DNA of 64,000 bases from Candidatus Woesearchaeota archaeon (GTDB lineage: Archaea > Nanobdellota > Nanobdellia > Woesearchaeales > B29-G15): assembly GCA_017610005.1 (NCBI GenBank), contig JAFCCU010000005.1, positions 4,205 to 68,204 on the forward strand. Reading direction: 5' to 3'. The notes below the pieces were generated by a model. It had not been told where the DNA came from. It was given only the letters and a program-made list of their open reading frames with translations, and ran no database searches. Shown here in pieces: positions 1 to 9,442 of this stretch (positions are counted from its first letter, which is position 1; each line of letters starts with the position of its first letter). A program made the translations under genes and the position numbers.

Positions 1-7
1 AACAAAA

Positions 8-274
8 ATGGGCTTTTTGTCCTTGGGATCATACTTGCAGGTATTTTCATTAAGCTTACTTAGGTATATGACTCATGGAATATTTGAAATCCTAGCTTAT
101 TTTATAGCAGGGCTTGCTGGAGGGATAATCTCTGTTGCAGTTATCAGGCATGACTTTGCAAGCAAGGACTTTAATCACATCATCGCAGATTCACTTGATC
201 TTTTAATAATTGCAATAATTGTACTCTTTGTAGCAGCGCTTGTTGAAGTATATATTACTCCGTTGATGTTTTAG
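8..274 (+). CDS. Stage II sporulation protein M (SpoIIM)-family membrane protein, probably the 3' part of a gene starting before the window
   Basis: Hydrophobic ORF with HGIFEILAYFIAGLAG and LFVAALVEVYITP motifs typical of SpoIIM-family C-termini; lies at the window edge. Confidence 0.7.
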   Translation: MGFLSLGSYLQVFSLSLLRYMTHGIFEILAYFIAGLAGGIISVAVIRHDFASKDFNHIIADSLDLLIIAIIVLFVAALVEVYITPLMF

Positions 275-362
275 TCTGAAGTTAGAAGTCTAAAGTTAAA
301 AACACTTTCTACTATACACTAAACCTTACACCCTATAACAGTCAGAAGTCTAAAGTTCAAGG
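271..362 (+). repeat. Heptamer (GAAGTCT-type) array with GTTAAAAACACT/ACCTTA linker
   Basis: TAGTCT GAAGTTA GAAGTCT AAAGTTA, starting at the upstream stop codon; more units at about 340-362. Confidence 0.8.
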
Positions 363-403
363 CCCAAACCTTAGTAAGTTTTTTATACATCACTTAATTT
401 TTT

Positions 404-862
404 GTGTTTGTGGAACAATTTGTGCTTGTTATTGAACGGGAAGGTAAGAAGCGTTATGTTTTAACATTAGAGAATCCTGGTAAGGGGTTAAAGGATGTTA
501 ATAGAAAGGCGCTTTTTGGGGCATTAAGAGAAGGTAATTCAGTAACTCCAGAAAACTTTATTGCAAGCCCTGATTTTTTGAAACTTTTGCACAAGGTTTG
601 GTCAGAAGATGTATTCCAAAATCCTGAAATGCTTGAAAATGCCAAAAAAGCAAATGATGGTTACGTGCTCGTGATTGATCCAAGAGCAAGAAAAACTAAA
701 GGAGAAGCCCAGAAAGAGGATATTATTGGGGCAATTGAAGTTAAAGGAGGGAAGATTGGCAAGTATTCTGCTAATCCAAAATATAAGCTCTTTACAAAAA
801 CAGGTTTTTTTAGAATGCCCTCTCCTGTTGAAAAAAAGCTTTTTGAAGAAATTAATAAATAA
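404..862 (+). CDS. Conserved hypothetical protein
   Basis: 152-aa ORF with VIDPR...EDIIGAIEVKGGKI...YSANPKYKLFT..GFFRMP; no function recognised. Confidence 0.6.
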   Translation: MFVEQFVLVIEREGKKRYVLTLENPGKGLKDVNRKALFGALREGNSVTPENFIASPDFLKLLHKVWSEDVFQNPEMLENAKKANDGYVLVIDPRARKTKGEAQKEDIIGAIEVKGGKIGKYSANPKYKLFTKTGFFRMPSPVEKKLFEEINK

Positions 863-1376
863 CTGCAACAACAATTCTTTGAATCTGGGAGAATCTTACT
901 CTTATTGGATCTCTTACTGGATTATTATCTCCTTTCATTAAAAAGTATTTTCCTTCATTATCTTCACTAATTCCAATCACTCTGTGAATGACTGTATCTT
1001 CTCCATCTTTGTAAGATACAATATCTCCTAAATGAATATCCTCTGGGCTTTGAGGTACAATTTCAATTGCATGAGAATCTTCATCAATCACGGGGTCCAT
1101 TGAATTTGTGTTTGTAAAATATGCCCATTGAGGGTTAGTTATGTCAATTACAACCTTATCTTGATAAACATGGATTTCCTCTTGTGCTATCCAATCATGA
1201 GGAGAAATTCTCTCAGATGAGGCGCTATTTGTAACAAGTCCCATTAAGCTACTTGATGCAGGTTGATTAGCGCCTTCTACAAGTAATACTTGGTTGGGAT
1301 TGGATAAGAAATTTTCAGTTAAGGCACCTACTAGAAAAGCAATTACAAGTAATATAAAAACACTTATCAACCTCAT
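852..1376 (-). CDS. Signal peptidase I-like protein (S26 family)
   Basis: N-terminal TM; NSMDP (catalytic Ser region), GDIVSY, VIHRV, MKGDNNPVRD motifs. Confidence 0.85.
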   Translation of the reverse strand: MRLISVFILLVIAFLVGALTENFLSNPNQVLLVEGANQPASSSLMGLVTNSASSERISPHDWIAQEEIHVYQDKVVIDITNPQWAYFTNTNSMDPVIDEDSHAIEIVPQSPEDIHLGDIVSYKDGEDTVIHRVIGISEDNEGKYFLMKGDNNPVRDPIRVRFSQIQRIVVAVIY

Positions 1377-1414
1377 TAGTTACTACTTTATAGTAATCCT
1401 TTATAAAGCTATGG

Positions 1415-1531
1415 GAAGTTAGGAGTTAGAAGTCTGAAGTCTGAAGTTAGAAGTTAGAAGTCTGAAGTCTGAAGTTAGAAGTCTGAAGTATATATTTTCT
1501 CTCCAAACTGCAGACTGCGTACTGCAAACTG
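1415..1531 (+). repeat. Heptamer array (11 units) followed by an inverted arm
   Basis: GAAGTCT/GAAGTTA units at 1415-1491; CAAACTG/CAGACTG units at 1503-1531. Confidence 0.95.
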
Positions 1532-1665
1532 TTAAGGGGCTTGAGAGCCAAGATCAATTGAACGAATCTTTTTTAGTGCGCTTGAGGGCACAGCCCGAAA
1601 CCACTTCACGTGGTACCGGAAAATTTATTTTCCGAGTACGCACAGATTGATCAAACGGATCTTTC
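1532..1665. repeat. Dispersed palindromic (REP-like) structured repeat, copy A
   Basis: 1569-1665 matches 44363-44459 at about 88/97 nt and contains nested hairpins. Confidence 0.85.
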
Positions 1666-1713
1666 CGTTTGATTAGAAAGTTTTTTATAGGAATTACTGT
1701 CTCGTTGACTAGA

Positions 1714-3912
1714 ATGGGCTTTGAATTAATTATAACTGAGAAACCAAAGCAGGCTCAGAAAATAGCTTATGCACTAGCAGATGGCAAGCCAAAAGCAATA
1801 AGAGTTGGTTCTGCAACAGCATATGAAGCGATCCATGATGGGAAGAAACTTGTTGTGGCGCCTGCGGTTGGTCATTTATTTGGGTTAAAGGAAAAAGAGA
1901 AAGGTTGGGATTACCCTGTTTTTGATATTGAGTGGGTTCCAACCTTTGAGTATGACAAAAAAGCGTTTTTCTCTAAAAAATATTTCACTCTTTTAACTTC
2001 ACTTGTTAAGGGTGCAACTGAATTTACTGTTTCATGCGATTATGATATTGAGGGAGAGCTTATTGGCTATAATGTTTTAAGATTTATTTTCAAGCAGAAA
2101 AATGCTGCAAGAATGAAGTTCTCAACATTAACTAAGCTTGACTTAATTGAAGCATATAAGAATAAGCAAAAGAAAATTAATATGGGGCAAGCAATTGCTG
2201 GTGAGACAAGGCATATGCTTGATTGGTATTATGGTATTAATGTGTCTCGAGCTTTAACTACTGCATTAAAACATTTTGGAACCTTTAGAATTTTAAGTTC
2301 TGGTCGAGTTCAAGGCCCTGCATTAAAGATTCTTGTCGACAGAGAAAGAGAAATTATTGCATTTAAACCAAAGACCTTTTGGAAAATTAGATATGATGGA
2401 GAACTAAATAAAACTGGAATTTCTGCTTTTCATGAAACTGATAAGTTTTGGGATGAAAAAGATGCAAAAGATGTTATTAAGAAGTGCAAAGGAAAGGATG
2501 GGTTTATTGAGAAATTTGATGAGAAGATCTATGAGCAGTATCCACCAGTTCCTTTTGATTTAACAACATTACAGTTAGAAGCCCACAGGTGGTTTAGGAT
2601 GACTCCACAAACCACTCTTAAGCATGCTCAATCATTATACCTTGGAGGGGCAATTTCTTACCCTAGAACTTCTTCTCAAAAGTTACCTCCTCAAATTGGA
2701 TGGAAAAGATTATTAACTGCATTATCAAAAAATGCAAAGTACACAAAGCTTGCAAAAAGCGTTTTGAAAAAAGAAAAACTTTATCCTAGGCAAGGAAAAA
2801 AGGAAGATCCAGCGCATCCAGCTATTTATCCAACAGGCCATGCTCCAAAAGAAGTTAATCCTCAAACAGCTAAATTATATGATCTAATTGTAAAAAGATT
2901 CTTGGCTGCATTTGGAGATCCTGCAAAAAGAGAACATGTTAAAATTACAATTAATGTTGAAAAGGAATTATTTATTGCAGAGGGGCATTTAACACTTGAA
3001 AAGGGATGGCATAAACTTTATTCTCCTTATGTTAAGTTTAATGAAGTATCACTTCCAAAAGCAGAATTAAATGATCCAGTGAAATACAGAGATATTGAGA
3101 AATCAGAAGATGAAACAAAACCACCAAGAAGATACACCCAAGCAAGTTTAGTTCATGAACTTGCTGAAAGGAATCTTGGAACAAAAGCAACACGAGGAAG
3201 TATCGTGGAGACGCTTTTTAAACGAGGGTATGTGACTGGTGGACCAATTACTGCAACAAAATTAGGGCTAGAAATTATTACAATTCTTGAAAAACGTGTT
3301 CCAGATATTATTGATGAGGAATTGACAAGATCTTTTGAAGAAGAAATGGAAGAGATTCGGGGAGGAGAACTAAAAGAAGGAGAAGTTTTAACGCGGGCTG
3401 AAGCGATTCTTAAAAAGACCCTGGGGTCATTTAAGAGAAATGAAAAATTAATTGGTGAAGAATTAAATAAAGCAAATATTGCGGCAAATCATGAAGCTTC
3501 TTTAGGGATTTGCCCAGTATGTAAAAAAGGTTATTTAATTATTAGACATTCAAAAGCTCACAAACGCTTTTTAGCATGTGACCAGTATCCAAAATGTGAG
3601 ACAACTTTTCCAATTCCTCAAATTGGGAAACTTTACAAAACTGAGGATACCTGTCAAATTTGTGGATATCCAATAATTAATGTCTTTAATCCAGGTATCA
3701 GAAGAACTATCAGGCAATGTATTAATCCAGAATGTAAGAGTAATAAAAGCGAAAATGAAGGTAAAAAATGTCCTAAATGCAAGAAAGGAACAATGGCAGT
3801 TAGAACTTCAAGATATGGAATATTCTTGGCATGCGATCAATATCCCACTTGCAAATATATCGAGAAAATTGAGCATAATTTAAATACAAGTTCTAATAAA
3901 TCTACTAAATGA
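1714..3912 (+). CDS. topA: DNA topoisomerase I (type IA) with C-terminal Zn ribbons
   Basis: ITEKP Toprim start, DYDIEGE, SSGRVQ, AISYPRT (catalytic Tyr), three C4 Zn-finger repeats; ATG at 1714 preferred over TTG at 1669, which lies next to the repeat. Confidence 0.97.
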   Translation: MGFELIITEKPKQAQKIAYALADGKPKAIRVGSATAYEAIHDGKKLVVAPAVGHLFGLKEKEKGWDYPVFDIEWVPTFEYDKKAFFSKKYFTLLTSLVKGATEFTVSCDYDIEGELIGYNVLRFIFKQKNAARMKFSTLTKLDLIEAYKNKQKKINMGQAIAGETRHMLDWYYGINVSRALTTALKHFGTFRILSSGRVQGPALKILVDREREIIAFKPKTFWKIRYDGELNKTGISAFHETDKFWDEKDAKDVIKKCKGKDGFIEKFDEKIYEQYPPVPFDLTTLQLEAHRWFRMTPQTTLKHAQSLYLGGAISYPRTSSQKLPPQIGWKRLLTALSKNAKYTKLAKSVLKKEKLYPRQGKKEDPAHPAIYPTGHAPKEVNPQTAKLYDLIVKRFLAAFGDPAKREHVKITINVEKELFIAEGHLTLEKGWHKLYSPYVKFNEVSLPKAELNDPVKYRDIEKSEDETKPPRRYTQASLVHELAERNLGTKATRGSIVETLFKRGYVTGGPITATKLGLEIITILEKRVPDIIDEELTRSFEEEMEEIRGGELKEGEVLTRAEAILKKTLGSFKRNEKLIGEELNKANIAANHEASLGICPVCKKGYLIIRHSKAHKRFLACDQYPKCETTFPIPQIGKLYKTEDTCQICGYPIINVFNPGIRRTIRQCINPECKSNKSENEGKKCPKCKKGTMAVRTSRYGIFLACDQYPTCKYIEKIEHNLNTSSNKSTK

Positions 3913-5615
3913 GGCCCTTAATATTATTCCTAATTGCGATTATTTTAATTGCACCAGTCTCTGCTTCATCTATGAAACTTTTAGCAGTTACACAAACTAA
4001 TGATGGATTAAAAGGTACAATTGCTTTGTTAGACATGGATGTTAAAGATGGGGCAGGAAGGATATTTATTGATTCATTTCCTTTATCAAAAATTGATACA
4101 CAAATATCTACTAGGTTTGCACAGCAAATGGCTTGCAAACAATTAATGGTGGATTGTTCAAAAATTGATTTTTTTTATGTTATTAGGGCTGGCTCCTCTA
4201 TTATTGGGGGACCCAGTGCTGGTGCTGCTTTGGCTGTTTTAACAACCTCTATTCTTGATAATTTTAAGTTAAGAGAAGATGTCGCAATAACTGGAACAAT
4301 TAATTCTGGAGGGTTTATTGGGCCAGTAGGAGGAGTTATGGAAAAGATTGTTGTGGCAGCTAAAAATAATATCTCTTTAGTTTTAATCCCCTCAACTGTA
4401 GATGTTGTGAATCATTCTAACAAATCTGTGAATATTTATGAATTTGCAGAAGAACTAGGAATCCAAGTAAAAGAGGTTGTGCATTTATCTGAAGCAATTT
4501 CTTACTTTAAGGGAGAAGAACCTGTAAAAATTGATACTGCTATTGAAATTAATCCTGTTTATGGAGATACAATGGCTATGCTTGCTGGTTCATTATGTAA
4601 TCGAACTAATTTTTTATTAAATAAATTTAGTTTAAATGAGAGTGAAAAAGAAAGAGTAAATAATCTTACAATAAAAGCAGATCAAGCGTTAGCAAACCAG
4701 CAAGTTTATTCTGCAGCTTCTTATTGCTTTGGGGCAAATACTTTGATTAGCCAATATTATGCTAAACGAACATATGGGAAAAAGGAATTAGCTGTAGTGT
4801 TATTTAAACTGCAGCTTGAAATTCGGGCTTTTTGGGATTCTCTTCCTAAATATAAAACCTTAACTGATCTAGAGAGTTATACAATTGTTGTTGAAAGGTT
4901 ACATGAGGCATTAGAACTTGTAAAGGAGGGGAGTGATAATTTAAAAGATAATAAAACATTAATTGCAGCAGGAAATTATGGTTTTGCTGTTGAAAGATTT
5001 CATTCAGCAGAGTCTTGGTCTCAATTTTATGGAAAATCAGATGAGGAGTCTGAGTTTAATTTGACTGCCCTTAAATCTCCTTGTTTAAGAAAAATTTTGG
5101 AGGCAAAAGAAAGGGTAGATTATTTGGAAGTTTACATCCCTCTTTCTCTCTTAGAAGATATTTCAGATGAATTGAAAACTGCTGTTAAGTATTCTGAAGA
5201 AGAATCATATGAATTGTGCTTATTTAAGGCATCAAAAGCTAAAGCCCAGGCAGATGCTATATTAAGTTCAATGGGGGCTGGAGAGGAAGGGCTTAAGCCT
5301 CTTTTAAAAGATATGCTCGTTTTTATCAAACAAAATATTTTTGAGCAAACACAAAAAGGCCATTTTCCAATTGTGGGTTATAGTTATTATGAATATTCAA
5401 ATTCATTAAAAGAAGATTCAGTTGTTTCTGCATATATTTACGCAATGTATGCTCTAGAACTGAGTAATCTTGATATGTATTTCCCTGAAAAAAATTTAAG
5501 GCAATTAAGAATAATCAACTGGCCATTAATTCAACTTATGATCTTGTCTGGATTAATAGGGATATTAATTGGGATAATGATCAGCAAAAAGCCAAAGGCA
5601 TTTTTGGGATCCTAA
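3909..5615 (+). CDS. Secreted, membrane-anchored S16 (Lon C-terminal-like) serine protease
   Basis: Signal peptide, GPSAGAA (catalytic Ser), TGTINSGGFIGPVGGVMEK (catalytic Lys), C-terminal TM; ATGA overlap with topA. Confidence 0.85.
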   Translation: MRPLILFLIAIILIAPVSASSMKLLAVTQTNDGLKGTIALLDMDVKDGAGRIFIDSFPLSKIDTQISTRFAQQMACKQLMVDCSKIDFFYVIRAGSSIIGGPSAGAALAVLTTSILDNFKLREDVAITGTINSGGFIGPVGGVMEKIVVAAKNNISLVLIPSTVDVVNHSNKSVNIYEFAEELGIQVKEVVHLSEAISYFKGEEPVKIDTAIEINPVYGDTMAMLAGSLCNRTNFLLNKFSLNESEKERVNNLTIKADQALANQQVYSAASYCFGANTLISQYYAKRTYGKKELAVVLFKLQLEIRAFWDSLPKYKTLTDLESYTIVVERLHEALELVKEGSDNLKDNKTLIAAGNYGFAVERFHSAESWSQFYGKSDEESEFNLTALKSPCLRKILEAKERVDYLEVYIPLSLLEDISDELKTAVKYSEEESYELCLFKASKAKAQADAILSSMGAGEEGLKPLLKDMLVFIKQNIFEQTQKGHFPIVGYSYYEYSNSLKEDSVVSAYIYAMYALELSNLDMYFPEKNLRQLRIINWPLIQLMILSGLIGILIGIMISKKPKAFLGS

Positions 5616-5687
5616 AAATCTGCTTAAAAATATGAAACCCTCTGGAATATTTGCAGATTTTAATGATATCAAAAAAAAGTATAAAAA

Positions 5688-5718
5688 CCCACTCTGGTCC
5701 GCGAGGACCAGGAGCGGG
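5688..5718. terminator. GC-rich hairpin with GCGA tetraloop, flanked by A-tracts; possible terminator
   Basis: CCC-ACTC-TGGTCC GCGA GGACCA-G-GAGC-GGG. Confidence 0.4.
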
Positions 5719-5827
5719 AAAAAGAGGTGATAGTAAGCAAACACATAGTGATTGCTATTTTGAAGTAAATACAAAATAATATTTAAAGGTTTCGGTGTAT
5801 TGAGCATTGCTAAGTGGTAAAAAAAAC

Positions 5828-6367
5828 ATGGAAAAATGTCCCTCTTGTAAAAGAACATTAGAACTTTATCGTCTAGATTTTATGCCACGACCTTTGTGTG
5901 AAAGTTGTTTATGCAAGAATATTGAGAGGAGAGTTAGGCGAGAGATAAGAACTCAATGCCCATTAACTAAGGGAGATACTGTAGTAATTGTAGATGATGG
6001 AAGTAAAGAAGCAAGGATGCTTGAATATATATTAAAGCGGTTGGAGAAGGATTTCCCAATTAAACTTTCAAAAAGTAAAGTAAAAAATGCAAAATATGCA
6101 TTACCTATTTCTTTAGATGAAGCAGCAGTAAGTTTTCTTGAACATGTAATAAATAAAAAAGGAAAAAAAATAGGATTTGCCCCATTAATGGTAGTTCATT
6201 CTGAAGAAGTAATTTTATTTACAAAATTAAAGAAACTTGGGGGAAAAAAGAAATTGATTAAGGGAAATATTAAAGATCATCTTGATACCCTTGAGAAAAA
6301 ACATGCGCAACTAAAATTTTCAATAATTAGATTTTCTAAAGAGTTAGAAGTAAGAAGTCTGAAGTAA
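5828..6367 (+). CDS. Degenerate TtuA/TtcA-like protein (Zn-binding N-terminus, eroded PP-loop)
   Basis: CPSC...LCESC followed by RRVRREI..., GDTVVIVDDGSKEA where SGGKDS is expected; C-terminus runs into the heptamer array. Confidence 0.5.
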   Translation: MEKCPSCKRTLELYRLDFMPRPLCESCLCKNIERRVRREIRTQCPLTKGDTVVIVDDGSKEARMLEYILKRLEKDFPIKLSKSKVKNAKYALPISLDEAAVSFLEHVINKKGKKIGFAPLMVVHSEEVILFTKLKKLGGKKKLIKGNIKDHLDTLEKKHAQLKFSIIRFSKELEVRSLK

Positions 6368-6637
6368 GAAGTCTGAAGTCTGAAGTAAGAAGTCTGAAGT
6401 CTGAAGTAAGAAGTAAGAAGTCTGAAGTCTGAAGTCTGAAGTAAGAAGTTAGAAGTAAGAAGTCTGAAGTCTGAAGTCTGGAGTGAAAAACAATATCAAC
6501 TATACCTTAAACCTTATACCTTAACGGTCTGGAGTCTGGAGTCTGGAGTGAAAAATATTATTTCTATATACCTTAAACTGTAAACCCTAAACTGTTCTCA
6601 GTATATATTAATACTTTAGACTGCAGACTTTAAACTG
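6340..6637 (+). repeat. Largest heptamer element: 21 tandem units, two linker modules and an inverted arm
   Basis: GAAGTCT/GAAGTAA/GAAGTTA at 6340-6486; GTGAAAAA-ACCTTA modules; GGAGTCT x3; TAGACTG/CAGACTT/TAAACTG arm. Confidence 0.97.
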
Positions 6638-6659
6638 AAATTTTTCCGGAAAAATTTCA
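6636..6659. repeat. Perfect 24-bp palindrome
   Basis: TGAAATTTTTCCGGAAAAATTTCA. Confidence 0.85.
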
Positions 6660-6695
6660 ATTAGACTATTTAATAAGCGAAGTTTGTTAAGATGA

Positions 6696-7538
6696 ATGAA
6701 GTATGTTATTTTGTTGTTGGTTCTTTGTTCTTGTTCTACGACAATTGAAGCACATTATTGTGATACAAATCATTGTAATGATTTATTTGCAGATTTTATT
6801 GGGAAGGATACTGATTGTGCTTTTTATTCTCTTAATTCTCCAAGTGTTATAAATGCTCTTGATAATTCTAATGCAAGAGTTATTATGGAAAAAGCAATTG
6901 ACAGAAAATATGTTAAGGCAAATAAATCAAGTGGGCTTATGCATAACAAATTTTGTGTGAATGAAGATATGGTTATTACTGGTTCATTTAATCCAGGAGA
7001 AAGAACTAATCGGATGGATAATGTAGTAATTATTAAAGACCGGTTGGTTGCTCAACTTTACAAAAAGGAATTTGAGGAACTTTGGGGGGATAAAACTGAT
7101 TTAAAAAATTTTTTTCAATTAAATAAACATAAAGTTTATTTTTGTCCTGAAGATGATTGTGCGAAAAAAATTATTAATGAGATTAATAAGGCTAAAAGGA
7201 AGATTAATTTTATGTATTATTCATTTACTTCTGGTGAGATTGCTTTAGCATTAATCCAAGCAAAAGCAAGAGGAGTTAGTGTAAAAGGCAGTTTAGAAGG
7301 GTCACAATTATCTGAGTATTCTCAATATGATTTATTAAATTATCAGGAAATTCCAGTTACAATAGAGAACACATCTATGCTCCTTCATCATAAGTTTATT
7401 GTAATTGATAATGCAACTGTAATTACTGGTTCATTTAATCCTACTAAAAATGGCCAATTAAGAAATGATGAGAATATTATAATCATTAGAAATGAAAAAA
7501 TTGCTCAATATTTTAATCCCTTCCAGGGGTTTGTATGA
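6696..7538 (+). CDS. Secreted phospholipase D/nuclease-superfamily protein with two HKD-type motifs
   Basis: HNKFCVNE...ITGSFN and HHKFIVID...ITGSFN; signal/lipobox-like N-terminus. Confidence 0.9.
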   Translation: MKYVILLLVLCSCSTTIEAHYCDTNHCNDLFADFIGKDTDCAFYSLNSPSVINALDNSNARVIMEKAIDRKYVKANKSSGLMHNKFCVNEDMVITGSFNPGERTNRMDNVVIIKDRLVAQLYKKEFEELWGDKTDLKNFFQLNKHKVYFCPEDDCAKKIINEINKAKRKINFMYYSFTSGEIALALIQAKARGVSVKGSLEGSQLSEYSQYDLLNYQEIPVTIENTSMLLHHKFIVIDNATVITGSFNPTKNGQLRNDENIIIIRNEKIAQYFNPFQGFV

Positions 7539-8484
7539 TCTTAACTGATCTTGATACAGAACTTCTATAGCCATAAGACATTTCAATTGATAAGGGGGCC
7601 ATGTAAGCTCCTGTGCCTTCTGGAATATTTTGTACAGAACACATGTAAACTGCTTTCCCATCAACTAATCTTAATTCTTGACCAGAGGGTTTACAACTGC
7701 TAGTAATTGAATTTCCCATTCCGCCAATTGTGACAGAATCAATATGTATTTTATTTATATCTTCGGGTCTAATGCCTTGAGGATGAGAGGGATTACAGTT
7801 TTCAACTTTTGCAGGATCATAAACAATTCCTCCTCCTCCATTTCGAATATGGAATGTGAATCTAGCAGAATTTTTTGAAGGGTCTACATCAACTGAAGTT
7901 ACTTCAATTGGGCCGCCTTGCCCTCCTGAAAGTGAAACATCATTTGATCTACAAGCCTTATTTTGGGCAGTGGAGTAAGGATCAGGATCAAGGCATATTT
8001 CTGTTGTGGCAAGTGTTGAATAAGAATAACAAGCAGTTACAAGTATTGTTGGGTTGTATGAAGTAACTTTTAAATTGTTTATATTCTCTGCAAATGAAAA
8101 AACATTATAGCCACCTTCGGGAGAATAAAAACTTTTTCCTTCTAATTTGAATGCATGAGGTTTATTTGAAAAACCAATTTGGCTACTTGGTGGGCCTGAG
8201 AAAATTTGGGTATCAAACCCAGAAAAGTAAAATGTTCCCGCAATATCTTGTGCTCCCAGGTTTTTTGCTTCAATCCCAATGTAAAGTTGATCTTCATCAA
8301 AGAGTTCAGAGGGTGGTGAAGAGGCCATGAAACTTAAAACAAGTGCAGAATTTCCTTTTCTATAGTCTTCATTTGAAGAACTGGAAGAGCCAATTCCTCC
8401 AAGATCTGAACATGCAGTTAGGAGCACTAAAAGAACTAAAATTGTAAATAGTCTCTTCATTGAATAATCGTGAGGGTGTTTCAT
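7513..8484 (-). CDS. Putative surface lipoprotein of unknown function (paralogue of the neighbour)
   Basis: LTAC lipobox-like signal; ACYSY...EICLD and SGGQGGPIEV motifs shared with 8498-9442. Confidence 0.75.
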   Translation of the reverse strand: MKHPHDYSMKRLFTILVLLVLLTACSDLGGIGSSSSSNEDYRKGNSALVLSFMASSPPSELFDEDQLYIGIEAKNLGAQDIAGTFYFSGFDTQIFSGPPSSQIGFSNKPHAFKLEGKSFYSPEGGYNVFSFAENINNLKVTSYNPTILVTACYSYSTLATTEICLDPDPYSTAQNKACRSNDVSLSGGQGGPIEVTSVDVDPSKNSARFTFHIRNGGGGIVYDPAKVENCNPSHPQGIRPEDINKIHIDSVTIGGMGNSITSSCKPSGQELRLVDGKAVYMCSVQNIPEGTGAYMAPLSIEMSYGYRSSVSRSVKIIQTPGRD

Positions 8485-8497
8485 TTATATCTTTTTC

Positions 8498-9442
8498 CTA
8501 AATTAGCCTCTTTATTGTAACCATGCTTGATAGTGATTCAGTATAAGCATAGGTAACATTTACTAGTAACCAAGTTAGATAAGGGGCGCTACCTTCTTCA
8601 ATTGGCTCTTCTAAGTAACATTTGACAAAGTCTTCTCCTTTTTTTAGTCTCAATTTCCCAATTCCTGCATCGCCAGGCATACAAAGCATCTTTTTATCTC
8701 CTAGACTCGCTGTTACAAATGCAGTGTTTAAGTCTTCTGTTGAAAGGGCATTTGGGCCGCAGACTTCTTGGATTTTATTTTCATTAATAACAGTTCCAGT
8801 TCCCATATTTTTTATATGGATTAAATATTGGGGTATTACCTTTGAATCTCTTGTAGTGAACTTTGGTTCAATTTTTGTAACTTGTAATGGTGCACCTTGT
8901 GAACTTGGGCTTTGAGCTCTTACAAAACATGCTTTTTCTTTATTAGCATTATTAATATTAAAATAATCATTATCCATGCAGACTTCTGTACGTAGTTCAG
9001 TTGAATATTTATAACAGCTTGTTAAGATAATTTCTGATTCAACTTGAGTGGACATGTTCTGAGGGATTGGCTTTGCTTTAAGAATAAATGAAGGCATTTG
9101 AGAGTCCCCTTTTGGATTGTAAATAGTTTTACCTTCAAGAGAAAATGTACCTTCAACAGATTCATCGGATTCAATATAATCTTTATCAAAAATTAGTTTT
9201 ATTATTCCCTCAGTTATTTCTGATGCACCTTTATTGTGAATATCTGCTACAAATGAAAAAGCTTGGTCTTCGTATAATTCACTTGGCGGTGCGCCTGGAA
9301 TTCTAGTTATTACCAGTCCTTGTGTTCCTGAATGGATTTTATCATAATCAATGCTTATATCATTATCTCCTCTCCAGGGTATTGTATCGCATGCACTAAG
9401 AAATAACATACAGGCAATTAATAAGATAGTTAGTTTTTTCAT
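8498..9442 (-). CDS. Putative surface lipoprotein of unknown function
   Basis: LSAC lipobox-like signal; SCYKY...EVCMD and SSQGAPLQV motifs. Confidence 0.75.
   Translation of the reverse strand: MKKLTILLIACMLFLSACDTIPWRGDNDISIDYDKIHSGTQGLVITRIPGAPPSELYEDQAFSFVADIHNKGASEITEGIIKLIFDKDYIESDESVEGTFSLEGKTIYNPKGDSQMPSFILKAKPIPQNMSTQVESEIILTSCYKYSTELRTEVCMDNDYFNINNANKEKACFVRAQSPSSQGAPLQVTKIEPKFTTRDSKVIPQYLIHIKNMGTGTVINENKIQEVCGPNALSTEDLNTAFVTASLGDKKMLCMPGDAGIGKLRLKKGEDFVKCYLEEPIEEGSAPYLTWLLVNVTYAYTESLSSMVTIKRLI

Noticed and set aside
244-1496. Shared TGAAGTATATATT at about 244 and 1484 as att sites
   Set aside because: The 13-bp match is partly made of the common GAAGT repeat unit and an AT run
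1575-1620. Hammerhead-like pattern (TGA-stem II-CGAAAC-stem III-GTA) in the dispersed repeat
   Set aside because: The essential CUGANGA core is absent (CGCUUGA or UGCUUGA) and no stem I forms; it is better explained as a hairpin with tandem G-A mismatches
6340-6486. Heptamer arrays as CRISPR arrays
   Set aside because: The units are 7 bp and contiguous with no unique spacers; no cas genes are in the window
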